Source: Octopus vulgaris
Taxonomy: Eukaryota
Direction of reading: 5' to 3'
Length of the DNA stretch: 64,000 bases
Assembly (NCBI GenBank): GCA_951406725.2
Contig: OX597832.1
Coordinates: 39,804,001-39,868,000 of the forward strand
This document shows positions 40,455 to 53,176 of this stretch, in pieces. Under the pieces are notes generated by a model. The model was not told the origin of the DNA, searched no databases, and was given only the letters and a program-made list of their open reading frames with translations. Position 1 is the stretch's first letter. The number at the start of each line of letters is the position of its first letter. The translations under genes and the position numbers were made by a program.

Positions 40455-40815
40455 TACTTGTTTCAGTCATTTGACTGCGGCCATGCTGGAGCACCACCTT
40501 TTAGTCGAGCAAATTGCCCCCAGGACTTATTCTTTTTACCAGTCTATTGGTTGCTTTTTGACGAACTGCTAATGTTACAGAAACATAAACACACCAGCAA
40601 GCGAAGTTTGGGGTTGGGGACAAACACACACACACATATATATATATACATATATACGACGGGCTTCTTTCAGTTTCCGTCTACCAAATCCACTCACAAG
40701 GCTCTGGTCGCCCCGAGGCTATAGTAGAAGACAATTACCCAAGGTGCCACGCAGTGGGACTGAACCCTGAACCATGTGGTTAGTAAGCAAGCTACCTACC
40801 ACACAGCCACTTCTG
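40455..40815 (-). mobile_element. SINE family A
   Basis: Reverse complement of 4471-4870. Confidence 0.8.
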
Positions 40816-40945
40816 TGTGTGTGTGTCTATATATATATATACATATATATAAGTTCAGCAAAATTTAGATTCAGATGAATATGGTACTTAAGTTAAAGGC
40901 ACCAGAATTTTGTATGGTATTATCCATATAAATCCACGGGGTGAT

Positions 40946-41257
40946 TATAATCAAAATAAGCAACAAGTATATCCGAGGTAATGTGGTACGATCGTTTCAT
41001 GCTACTTCATTTTATTAAACACTGTAAGCATTACATCAGTTTTAAAATGTCGAGCAATCTTCATTTGCCAACCAACAATGTTGGCAAATGAATTAGGGAT
41101 AAGAATGTGCATTGTCCGGTTGTTTGGAAAATTTCTAAAGGTGGCTGAAGATTGCTCGATATTTTAAAACTGATGTAATGCTTATAGTGTTTAATAAAAT
41201 GAAGTAGCATGAAACGATCGTACCACATTACCTCGGATATACTTGTTGCTTATTTTG

Positions 41258-41270
<13 letters not shown>
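40946..41270. mobile_element. Fold-back Penelope-pLTR-like element with two inverted hammerhead-bearing copies
   Basis: 40946-41063 is the reverse complement of 41146-41262. Confidence 0.7.
41141..41226 (+). ncRNA. Minimal type I hammerhead ribozyme motif, family 1
   Basis: GTGG-CTGAAGA(41145)-stem II-GAAAC(41211)-GATC-GTA-CCAC. Confidence 0.72.
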
Positions 41271-41292
<22 letters not shown>

Positions 41293-41549
41293 TTTATTTA
41301 AAGCAGCAGAAAATTCTACAAAACCTGTTTCTCTGAGTTTCCCGTTGCCGTTCATCGGACAGTTTTTGCTAGAAAAAAAAAATATATATATATATATATT
41401 TAATAACGAACCATGTATTTCACGTTCTGGAAAATTTATTCTGTAAAATGTTTTCATTTTTTTCTTAAACACGCAAGATATAGTCTATAAATTTTGGATG
41501 TTTTTGAAAGATACTATTTTTTATCATCAGAATATGCTCTTGCTCTTTG

Positions 41550-41945
41550 CTCTTTTGCTTGTTTCAGTCATTTGACTGCGGCCATGCTGGAGCACCGCCT
41601 TTCGTCGAGCAAATCGACCCCGGGACTTATTCTTTTGTAAGCCCAGTACTTATTCTATCGGTCTCTTTTGCCGAACCGCGAAGTAACGGGGACGTAAACA
41701 CACCAGCATCGGTTGTCAAGCAATGCTAGGGGGACAAACACAGACACACAAACACACACACATACATATATATATATACATATATACGATGGGCTTCTTT
41801 CAGTTTCCGTCTACCAAATCCACTCACAAGGCATTGGTCGGCCCGGGGCTATAGCAGAAGATACTTGCCCAAGATGCCACGCAGTGGGACTGAACCCGGA
41901 ACCATGTGGTTGGTAAGCAAGCTACTTACCACACAGCCACTCCTG
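41550..41945 (-). mobile_element. SINE family A, full length
   Basis: Reverse complement of 4471-4870. Confidence 0.88.
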
Positions 41946-42211
41946 TATATACTTCCTCACACAACAATTGAAATATATTTATTGGAAATCGTTTAGCTTT
42001 CTTCCACGCCCACACAGACACACAGAAACTTGTTTGGGTACAAAAGAGTTTTGCTTTTTTCCCTTCTAAAACGTTTGGTATAAAGCTTAAGATACTTGGT
42101 GGAGCAAAAAAGTGTGTTTTATTGAGAAATAACCCATTTATTTGACAGCTAATAGGTAAGTAGCACCTTATCGGTAACTTTTTACCAGTCTACATACATA
42201 CACATGCACGC

Positions 42212-42284
<73 letters not shown>

Positions 42285-42738
42285 AATGTGTGTAACGGCT
42301 TTAATAGATTTGTAAATAATATGCTATTGGTGTCGAAGTCGGAAAGTGTGATGATAGGAGTTGTGTTGTTATAAATTGCATTTTGTAAGATATGGAAGGA
42401 CAGACAATATATATGAAGTTGTAAGAAAGTATTTATTTACCCGTTACGTTACAAATACTTTACCCGTCGTATATATGTGTGTGTGTGTGTGTGTATATAT
42501 ATTGCAAAAACTGTCCGACGAACGGCAACGGGAAACTCAGAGTAACAGGTTTTGTTGAATATTCTGCTGCTTTGAATAAAGTATATATATATATATATAT
42601 AAATGAGATAGGGGTTGAAAATTCGACCCACCATGGGATAATATATATCCAATATACTGCTTAGTTATTTCGATCTTGGAAGGATGGACTTGGTGATAAC
42701 TTAACTGTATCTATTTTTATTATTTTTATTATTATTAC

Positions 42739-42772
<34 letters not shown>

Positions 42773-43109
42773 AGTAATTTTTATTAACTTTTATAGCTTT
42801 AGAATTTTATGAACTGTACCACGGATTTAATTATTATTATTTTTCATCTCCATATGTGTTAGCCCTTTTTTTATATTAAAAAAACTATTAGCTAAATATG
42901 TATGATATCGGTACTTATTAATATTATATATACACTGTTATATATTTTGTTTTATTTTGTTCTGGTTACCTTCCTTTTTGTACAAATGTGTATTATATTA
43001 TACAAGTGTAGCATTATGATGTATAAGTTTTTATATTTTACTTTTTTATATTTTTATATTTATATGTATATGATTATATAATATTTTTCACTATTATAAC
43101 AAATTTAAT

Positions 43110-43232
43110 TTAATTCTCTGAAGAGGCCGTGGGGCATCTTTGTTAATGCCTCATTTATACCTGCCTTTATGGCTTATAGGTTAAATGAGGTATGACTGTC
43201 CTCACTGCCGAAACAGCTGTCAGTTTTGATTT
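43110..43232 (+). ncRNA. Hammerhead ribozyme-like motif, family 3 (long stem II)
   Basis: CTGAAGA(43118)-GGC..GCC-GAAAC(43210)-AGCT-GTC; stem I imperfect. Confidence 0.6.
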
Positions 43233-43745
43233 ATTTGCATATTGTATTTGTAATTTTTTACTTATATCTCTTTATCTTTTTACTTTTACTATTACTGTAT
43301 ATCTCATTTCATTTTATATATTGCCTTTACTCCTATGTAATGGTGTATTAAAGTATGGATTGAGTATCATCGGATAGTTGATGTTTTATTGATTTAAGTA
43401 TGTTTCTCCATTCTCTAATTTTGTAGTTATATATATATATATATATATATATACCGGAGTAAACATGTAAATGTGAAACAAGGTGGAAAAAAGAGTACTC
43501 AAATACCAGTGGGGTACAGGGTACTAGTCGCGTAGACTGGATCCGGTTTGCGCAGACGCGCATCCGCGCTAGCCAGTCGTAGGTAGTCGATCCTACAGCG
43601 ACTTGCGTATGCAAATGAGCTGATTGGCGCAACATTGCAAAAACTAAGTTAATAGCGAGCCCCTACTGAAGCTTAGGAAATATTTTTTTCAACGATATAC
43701 GGTGTATATTATTTTAAAGACAATTGCGTTTTTTTTTTTTCATTA

Positions 43746-44917
43746 CTACTGCCTGACTCCTATCTTTCAGGAAGTCATATAACCACACTCCAAGTTTTCC
43801 AACTATGCCGAGGTCACGCAGTTTGTGGCATATCATACCATGATCCACCTTGTCAAAAGCTTTTGCAAAATCAAGGTATATTACATCCACATTTGATTTG
43901 TTGAGTAACTGCCTCAGCACCCAGTCATAATGTTGTAAGAGCTGGGTCAGGCAGCTCCTACCTGGTCGAAAACCATGCTGGGTATCACTCAGCAAGTTAT
44001 TTTCCTCAAGGAATGCGATTAGTTTCTTTTTGACTATCCGTTCCATGACTTTGCTGATGTGTGAAGTCAGAGAGATAGGCCTATAGTTTTTGGCATCTGC
44101 TCTACTTCCCCCTTTATGTATTGGGCATATTATTCTCTCCTTCAGCTTGCTTGGCAGTTTGCCATTCGCAAGAAAGTTCTGGAAGAGAATCTTGAGGGGT
44201 TTTGCCAGGGCATGCTTACACGCTTTGAGGAGGATGGCTGGGAAACCATCTGGACCTGCAGCTGAGTTTGTGTCCACTTCATCTATGGCTAGTAGGACAT
44301 CTTTTTCGTTAATGTCAATACATTCTATTGTAACCGCCTCGCTGGTTATAGGTGAGGCGGCAAAGAAGTCCACTGGTTCGTTCATTTGTCTGTGTTCCAA
44401 CGGGGTGGTAAAGACACTTTTGAACTGGTCATTCAGCATCTCACTGATCTTTGTTGGACTGTCTGTGAGGGAGCCATCCTTTTGGAGGAGGGGTCCTATC
44501 TTGTAGTGCACTGAGACTGTTTCTTTCACGTAATGAAAGAAGGCCTTTGGGTTTGATTTAATGTTTTTTATAACTAGGCTTCTTTGTCTGCTTTCTCCTT
44601 CACATAGGATTGTTGCAGCCTTTTTTCGATCTCCATCAGTGTTGTTTTTAGGCGGGACGTTTCGCTACTTTTGGGATGTTGGTTGAGACGATTTGCAACC
44701 TTTGTCCGTCGTCTCATGAGGATCTTCCTGTCTCTTGGAATCTTGCACCTATTTGTTTTGGCCTTGTGCTCTGGGACATATTTCTGGCATACGGCTTGCA
44801 CAGAAGACATGAAACATTCTAGTTTCATGTCAATGTCTGGTGTGGAGAGACATTCCGGCCAGTCCTCTCTGAGGATCTCTTTTTGGATCGATTTCCAATC
44901 TGCTTTGTGGAAGTTCA
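43746..44917 (-). mobile_element. CR1/Jockey-group LINE ORF2 fragment (linker plus RT domains)
   Basis: AAGPDG, YRPISLTS, QHGFRPGRSCLTQL, YLDFAKAFDKVDH. Confidence 0.93.
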
Positions 44918-44934
44918 GATATATATATATATAT

Positions 44935-45160
44935 GTATGTGTGTGTATGTGTTTGTGTGTCTGTGTTTGTTCCCCCAACATCGCTTGACAACCGATGCTG
45001 GTGTGTTTACGTCCCCGTAACTTAGCGCGTCGGCAAAAGAGACCGATAGAATAAGTACTGGGCCTACAAAGAATAAGTCCCGGGGTCGATTTGCTCGACT
45101 AAAGGCAGTGCTCCAGCATGGCCGCAGTCAAATGACTGAAACAAGTAAAAGAGTAAAGAG

Positions 45161-45162
<2 letters not shown>
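44935..45162 (+). mobile_element. SINE family A 3' half
   Basis: Match to 4650-4870. Confidence 0.85.
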
Positions 45163-45206
<44 letters not shown>

Positions 45207-45336
45207 ATAATAATTATTTGAGGGAATATTATTCCTAACTTACAGGGAAAAATTCAATTTAGAAATGCTAAATCAAATTTCACAAAATATAATATATATA
45301 TATAAAAATTAGAAAACAACCACCTTTTATCAATTC

Positions 45337-45583
45337 AAAATGAACAATTAAATTACAGCATCTAGAAAATTACATGTAATAGAAATATTAAAATTAAAAT
45401 AACAATAACATACTAATGATTAAGTAAATTGCAAAATAATAATAAAAACGTATATATACCAAATATATATGTTTTTATTACTATTTTGCAATTTACTTAA
45501 TCATTGGTATTTTATTGTTATTTTAATTTTAATATTTCTATTACATGTAATTTTCTAGATGGTGTAATTTAATTGTTCATTTT
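45337..45583. repeat. Near-perfect AT-rich palindrome (about 120-bp arms)
   Basis: AAAATGAACAATTAAATTAC.. / ..GTAATTTAATTGTTCATTTT with a very short loop near 45460. Confidence 0.9.
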
Positions 45584-46496
45584 TCTAATTTATATATATA
45601 TATATTTATGTCTTTGTGTCTTTGCTTTGTCTCTCACCACTACTTGACAACCAGTGTTGGTGTGTTTACATCCCCATAACCTAGAGGCCTGGTAAAAGAG
45701 ACTGGTAGAATAAGCATTAGACTTAAATACAAGTCTTGGGTAGGGGTCAATTTGTTCAACTAAAACCCTTTAAGACAGTGCCACAGTGGACCCCTATAAA
45801 CAAGTGAAAGAAAAGTTCTCATGCTTTAAATTTCAGAAGTACAAGAGATGTATTCCAGGTTTTTAAGCAAATGACTCCAAGCCTACCTGAAACAACTCTA
45901 GATTGTTCCATGGCTGAATCACAAAAGAAAACTCTCCTTTTATATAAATGCTTTGAACTTATATGCTCATACAAGACTTATTTACCTTATGTCTTACATT
46001 CATATTATGTATACATTTACATGCTTTAAATTTCAGAAGTACGACAAGATGTATCCCTGGCGTTTAAGCCAGCGACTCCAGCTTTATGTGAAACATCTCT
46101 TCATAGATTGTTCCCTGAAAGAAGTCCTAAAGAAAGTTTTTCCTTTTATAAGTGCTATAATATTTATGGCACTGTTACCTTTCATACAAATCGGTGAGTC
46201 ACCTCAAAGCAAATATGAATTTTTTTGTACATTCATTTACATGTTTTTATCATTATAATTGGTTTTTTTAATCCTTATAACCCCTCGTTTAGGGATTCTC
46301 AACCATTCTTTTATCTATGGGACCCTTTTATTACTATTTTATTCTGGTGGATCCCCATCACCATCTGATGTTTATAAACTAGTTTTATAGAAACTTCTTT
46401 CAAAATTCCTAATTTGTATCTTGCACATTAACTTATGTATGTTGAATTGCGTTAAATGTTAGTGGGAGAAACCTAGCTGTTTCTAGCATTTTTCCA

Positions 46497-46982
46497 TCTG
46501 GCATCTGCCATATTCTGAACGCTTTACTTCCCTGGGCATGGACACGTTGAAGCTCCGACGTCTGGCAGCTGACTTGGCAGACACGCATAAAATTATTAAC
46601 CATCTTACAAACAATAACTCTGAGCACCTTTTCAAACTCCACCTGTCTAACACCCGTGGACATGTTTACAAAGTAAGAAAACAGCACAGCTCCCATGACT
46701 TTCGGAAACATTTTTTCACGCTGAGAGTTGCTGAAGCGTGGAACAAACTGCCGGCATCAGTTATTAGTTGTCGGAGCACTGCATCCTTCAAAACTTCCAT
46801 GCTTCCTGAGATTCGCCAACACTACACCTGATTTTCTCCCCTCCATACACACACTGAAGCATGTATCTGACTCATACACTGTTCACTTTCCAGACATTTG
46901 TACATCACTGCATATTCTTTATGCGCACTTTTGACAAGTTGTGGTGCACCTGAGCACTGTATACAATAATTTCATTATTATA
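46497..46982 (+). mobile_element. CR1/L2-like LINE 3' end
   Basis: LKLRRLAADL..NTRGH..FFTLRVAEAWNKLP plus a 3' UTR ending (ATT)n. Confidence 0.9.
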
Positions 46983-47838
46983 CCAATAAATACATCTAAA
47001 GCAAAACTTAAAGGGGCTCTTAAAATACTATTGTGGATCCTCAATTTACTATTTTGTTGTGTGTACCCTAAAAATCTTATATGGACCCTCAAGGACCTTA
47101 AGGACCCCAGCTGAGAGTCACTGCTCTACTTCAACCTTGATTTAACAGATGTAGGCCCTAAAATCTTCCTGTCATAATCGTGTCCAATGGATTCTTTTCT
47201 CTCTTTTTTAATATGTCAGGAAATGATTTGGTGGTGGTCGAGGCGGAAGCTGAGAATTTGGCTGCTATTTATATTAGGTTAGCTCCTGTGTAGGGATAGG
47301 ACCTAGCAATTTAGTTCTAGCATATATGTATACACATATTTAAGATATGAGGGTGCGATATGAGAAAAATTTCTACTTCTGTTAAGTGAAAGTTTGTGTT
47401 ACAATTTTCCTTGATATTTTTACGTATGTCCTACTGTTACTATGGTTTAAATATGTCCTGGTTTTACTGCGAATTGCCTAAGCCATAAATGTGTTCTATT
47501 CTTTAGTATATGTCAATGTCCCTCGGCTGCTGGAAACAGATTATGGTAACTGTTGTGCTGATGATGCATATTGAGGCAGAAACACGTTTTTACCATTTTC
47601 CTTTTATCCCTTGACAATGAGTTTGTCTTTTTCCCTAATGACATGTCAGCTTTGGAAAATTCTTGATTCTTAAGAATATTCCTGTCTCATATGGAGCTGG
47701 TCTTAACAGCTATTTGATAATTCTGATATCTCTTCTAGAGGAGGTGATAATTTTAATATATCAAGAACCATTTTTGCCATTCTTCCCATGCAACACAATT
47801 GAATCCTTCACCATCTTAACTATCTTGATATTCCACAG

Positions 47839-47928
47839 GTATTTACCACAAAATATTCTGGGTACCAAACAAAATTCCTGTTGATCGTTCTACCTGCACT
47901 TGTTCCTGTTTTGACACTATTTTCCGTG
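47839..47928 (+). CDS. Membrane protein paralogue 2, 90-nt internal exon
   Basis: ttccacag|..TTCCGTG|gtatgt. IYHKIFWVPNKIPVDRSTCTCSCFDTIFRG, 20/29 aa identical to paralogue 1. Confidence 0.9.
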
Positions 47929-48152
47929 GTATGTACATCAATGTTTTTTTACTTGTTCTTCCTCTTCCTTTTTTCATTTTCTACCATCTTCCTTCCCTTC
48001 ATTTTTTCCAATATCAGTAGAATATATAATGCAAGTATTTTGTGCCTTCCTCACAGCACATGTTTAACTAAATATTGCTGATAAATGGAATCAAAATATT
48101 TCTTTAATCTTCATCTTTATTATTAATTCCTTTTCTTTTCCCTCTCCTCTAG

Positions 48153-48784
48153 GGAGCTACGAAGGCCAAAAGAATATCAGATACAAGCACATCTACTTCA
48201 ATTCCACACAAGAGACTTATGCAGTTTGGATTATCACCTTATTCTTTGTGTTAATAACATATGAAAGTATAAAATACATCTACAACACATTATTTCCTCA
48301 ACTGCATGTCCGCCTGGAGATGCTCTTTCTGTTTGCCATAAACATCTACCCTCATTATTATTCCTGGTGGTGTTTATTCAGCTACATCAACGAGGGATTC
48401 TACTTATACTTCAGCCACCATACCTTCTTCATAATCACGGAATTAATTGTTTCTGCTTTCGTTCTGAATATGTGTGATTCTCGCAACCCGGTCACCTTCA
48501 AGAAGATATTCTTTATCCTCTGCATTTGCTCAACACATATTTTGGTGAATGGCGCTGACCAGTTTGTTATTCAAGTCATTTTTAAACAGGGAAAAGCATT
48601 CCAAAACCTACGAAACGTTGGTTTGATGATTCCTGATTTAGCTCACCTTTTCATGTGCTGCCACAAACTCATACAATTAAAGCGTTCCAATGTATCGCCA
48701 GCATCAGTGTTCAGTTATAAAGAAGGTGTAGGGTTAGCATTTTTATTTATTTTTGTTGGGACACTCTTTGGAAATTGGATCTGA
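48153..48784 (+). CDS. Membrane protein paralogue 2, terminal exon (632 nt)
   Basis: ctcctctag| phase 1. GSYEGQKNIRYKHIYFNSTQETYAVW..NIYPHYYSWW..GNWI*, intact frame, colinear with 22757-23388. Confidence 0.9.
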
Positions 48785-48816
48785 GAAATATAGAGTATTT
48801 GAAACACACACACATG

Positions 48817-48851
<35 letters not shown>

Positions 48852-50394
48852 AATATATGTATACATGTGTATATGTGTGTGTGTGTGTATGTATATATCT
48901 CTATATATATAAAACTGAGAATGTGTGTCTGTCTGTCTGTGTGTTTCCCTAAAACTTGAGAACTACACAACCAATTTCATTCAAATTTTACACATGCTTT
49001 ACTTTCAGGGTCTGGGGAGCGTCATCGGCAAAAAATATTTTTAACTTTTTGCCTAGGGCGAGCCCAAACAATTTCATATCTTCTCCATTACGATTCCCTA
49101 AAACTTGAGAACTACATAACTAATTTCATTCAAATTTTACACATGCCTTACTTAGGGTCCATGTAGTTTCATGGGCAAAAAAAATGTTCAACTTCTTACC
49201 TAGAGCGAGCCCATAGCAATATCATATCTTCTCCACTATTTCAGTATTACGTGTTAAAAGTGAAACAAAAACATTTCTCTATTTTATGTCAGATGCTTTC
49301 ACTTTAACAATAAAAATAATAATAACAATTGAATTATATGTAGTAAGTAATAATTAAAATCAAACTAAAGTATAATATTATCGTAACATAACAAAAGTAA
49401 AAATAGCAATTGGTATAAAATTGCATCAAGGATTTGAACTTGAATATGTGGTTTCACACGAATGGGAATAAATAAAAAATAAAATTAGCGTGCAGAAATG
49501 GAATAATCCAGATGGAGGTGTGCACGGCTTTTACATTAGATTATTTGCTAATTAGCTAGCATTAAGTATCTATATGAAGTTTGGCTGTATGTAATGTCTG
49601 TTTTCTCGAAAGATGCTTCTACTGAGTACCGCTGTTGGTTTATTTCTGATCCATAAAGGTCTATAGCTTCAACAGAGTACTGCTTTTTGGTTTACCGTAA
49701 GGTTTGTTGTTATTATTATTTCTGTTTAACTATTGTTATCACGTTTGTTGGTTCCTCGCAAGGGAAGCGTTGTTGTGTTGCATTTGTTAAATAATTATAA
49801 ACCGTAACCCTCCCCCTTTGGGAGAAGGAGCTTTGGTTATTGTTTAAAAATTGAATTGTGTCCCTGTTTGGGGAAATTGACAATATTTTCACCGTTTACA
49901 TGGAAGCATTTTTGTTAAAATGTCTTCGATAGAAGAAAGTCCAAAAATGAATTTCGCTGCAGCCATCGGCGGGCGGCGAACTCATTAAAATTAATATGGA
50001 AGAAATACAAACCTATTTCGGATTGATCACCGACAAAGACGGTGAATCTAGGATAACACCACCAAACGAAATAAAAAATAAAATTAAAGAAAAGACTATT
50101 GCCTATAAAGTATACAATGTTGAGAAAAAAACGATTTGAACACCTGGAGGAAAGCACCATCGAAAAGTGTCTTGGTGCGACTATGAAAGATATCTAGTAT
50201 CTAACCAGAGGCGGTAAATTCGCCACAATAGAAGCAAGGTTCGAGTCAACAAGGTTTGAGCATGCAAGGGAGTACTCGACTCGAACCTTGCAAAGTGGAA
50301 ATATTTTATTTTTACCTTTATATCTGGGACGTAGGATGTCCCGGAAAAAAATTTTAAATGCCCCACTCCCATCCCCGAAGTAGAAAATTTTCAG

Positions 50395-51215
50395 CCGTCC
50401 ATTCCTGTGTTACTAGAGCCATGTGTGTGATAGTGCAAAGTCTTAATGAAACACATATGGCCTTCCATTGCATACACTGTCTATCTAGAGTTTAACAATT
50501 GTTTCCAGGACCTCAATGTAGGTGATAGAGTTAACTCTAAGGCCTTGTGGAAAGAAGTAAGAAGGCATCCTTCATTACTGACAACCCTTAAAACAATGAC
50601 AGTTACAGGAAATTTTGTATGCATAACACTTGGAACTTCAGAAGGGTCTGCACATAACCATGTGTCATTTCCTCTGTTAACTTTTTGATCATGGTCGAAG
50701 TTTTTCTTGTTTGAGAAAAACCAAATCAAATCTTCTTCTGCTGGATTTTTCAATTTGTTTAAGAACCTTTTAGATCTGATGTAGTGATTTTCTTTTGCTC
50801 TGTCTGACAAACTGACCTTTCCTCATCAAATAAGACTTACATCTGATATAATCATGGACAACATTTCTGACTGTTCCTTCTGACATATGGAGGTCTTTTG
50901 CAATTGACCTTATGGACTTTCTGGGATTGTAATCAATGGTCTGTTGAACTTGCTGGATAAATTCAGATGTTCTGATGATTTCACAGCATTTAGAATACTT
51001 TTTATGTTTTGATACTGGTGATATATTTCCATCTTCAGTCTCTAGCTCCTTAAAAACTTTGTAGATGAAAGCTCTGGTAACCTTAAAAAATTGAGATATT
51101 TCTAAATCATTATGCTCAGCTTTTGTAACCACAATAACAGCATGCCCCTTCCTTTCTTGAGTAAGCTGAGGGTCTACCATTATTATATTCTGAAACGAAG
51201 ATTATACAGAGTTAG
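50395..51215 (-). mobile_element. Degenerate Tc1/mariner-superfamily transposase (DD37D/maT-like)
   Basis: HTH region NPRKSIRSIAKDLHMSEGTVR; catalytic region FFSNKKNFDHDQKVNRGND..HTKFPVTVIVLRVVSNEG; frameshifted. Confidence 0.85.
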
Positions 51216-51271
51216 TAAAAAATGCAGCAATGACCCCAAAAAAGATATGTACTCAATACCTTACGCACTCC

Positions 51272-51642
51272 GTATGTGTGTGTGTGTGTGTGTGTGTGTA
51301 TGCATGTGTATGTGTGTATGTATATATGTGTGTAGGTATATATATGTGTATGTATATATATGTGTATGTATATATATATGTATATATATATATATGAATA
51401 TGTATATATATATATATATGTGTGTATGTATATATATATATGTGTATGTATATATATATATGTGTATGTATATATATATATATATGTGTATGTATATATA
51501 TGTGTATGTATATATATATATATATATATATGTGTATGTATATATATGTGTATGTATATATATATATGTGTATGTATGTATGTATATATATGTGTATGTA
51601 TGTATATATATGTATGTATATATGTATGTATGTATGTATATA
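51272..51642. repeat. (TG/TA)n compound microsatellite
   Basis: Directly visible. Confidence 0.95.
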
Positions 51643-51868
51643 TACTCTTTTACTCTCTTTTTACTCTTTTACTTGTTTCAGTCATTTGACTGCGGCCATG
51701 CTGGAGCACCGCCTTTAGTCGAGCAAATCGACCCCGGGACTTATTCTTTGTAAGCCCAGTACTTATTCTATCGGTCTCTTTTGCCGAACCACTAAGTGAC
51801 GGGGACGTAAACACACCAGCATCGGTTGTCAAGTAATGCTAGGGGGACAAACACAAGCACACACACAT

Positions 51869-51899
<31 letters not shown>

Positions 51900-52062
51900 C
51901 GACGGGCTTCTTTCAGTTTCCATCTACCAAATCCACTCACAAGGCTTTGTTCGGCCCGAGGCTATAGTAGAAGACACTTGCCCAAGGTGCCACGCAGTGG
52001 GACTGAACCCGGAACCATGTGGTTGGTAAGCAAGCTACTTACCACACAGCCACTCCTGCGCC
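51643..52062 (-). mobile_element. SINE family A, full length
   Basis: Reverse complement of 4471-4870. Confidence 0.88.
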
Positions 52063-52477
52063 TATTATGTATAAATATATTTTGAAAAATCGGAAAATTC
52101 CACCTATTCCTCATTTACTTGTTGATATCTTGCCAGCCTTTAAAGATTTAAAGAGGGGAACTATTTTACTTTTTTTTACTTTTTGCTTTTTACATTTATG
52201 TTTTTGTGTTTTTTTGCCTTCTGTTTTTCACTTTCTGTTATTTTTTAACCTTCGTATTTTTCTATGAGCTGCCGTCTCAGTTATTTTGGTTATTTTGGGT
52301 TTCTTCTCTTATTAAATTTTTTTTAGTTCATTATGATATGTGATTTGTACCTGATGAATCTGTTAGAGATATTTTTCAACATTTGAAGCTATTAGTAGCA
52401 CTTGTATTGTGTCCTTTAAAAAAACAATAAATAATATATATGTATGTATGTATGTGTGTGTGTATATGTATGTATAA

Positions 52478-52930
52478 TAATAATAATAATTGTGTACAGT
52501 GCTCAGGTGCACTACAACTCATCTAAAGTGTATATATAATCAGGTGTAGTTTCGGCGAATTTCGGAAAGCATAAGGGCCTTAAAGGATGCAGTGTCATGG
52601 CAGTCAACAACTGACGCAGGCAGTTTATTCCACGCTTCAGCAACCCTGAGCGTGAAAAATGTTTCCGAAAGTCATGGGAGCTGTGCTGTTTTCTGACTTT
52701 GTAGGCATGTCCACGTGTGTTAGACACATGGAGACCAAAAAGGTGTTCAGTGTTGTTGTTGGTGAGGTGGTTGATAACCTTGTGGGTGTTTACCAAGTCC
52801 GTCGCCAGACGCCGGAGCTTCAGTGAATCCATGCCCAGGGAAACAAGGCGCTCAGAATATGGTAGGTGTCTGATGGAGGGTATGCGTTTGGTTGCACGTC
52901 TCTGGACAGATTCCAGGAGGTCAATGTTCT
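52478..52930 (-). mobile_element. CR1/L2-like LINE 3' end
   Basis: LESVQRRAT..YSERL..SLKLRRL..NTRGH. Confidence 0.9.
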
Positions 52931-53176
52931 GAATATATGTATGTATGAATGTATGTATTTATGTATGTGTGTATGTATATGTATTTATGTATGTATGTTT
53001 GTATGTATATATGTTATATTTTTATATTTTGGGATGGTCACTTTATTTTGTTTTGTTTTTTTTGCCAAATAAACATACAATATATGCATTTTTCACTCAT
53101 TTATTTTTGTTCTTTTTTTATCTTAAATCCATTGTCTGGAAATCTTTCATCAGCAGGAGACACATGGGGTGGAAAA

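Noticed and set aside
51112-51753. Long YI/CV-rich ORFs (also around 30761, 33322, 36308, 60015, 61097)
   Set aside because: Microsatellite translation artefacts.
52350-52400. Hammerhead core CTGATGA
   Set aside because: No properly placed GAAA or stems.
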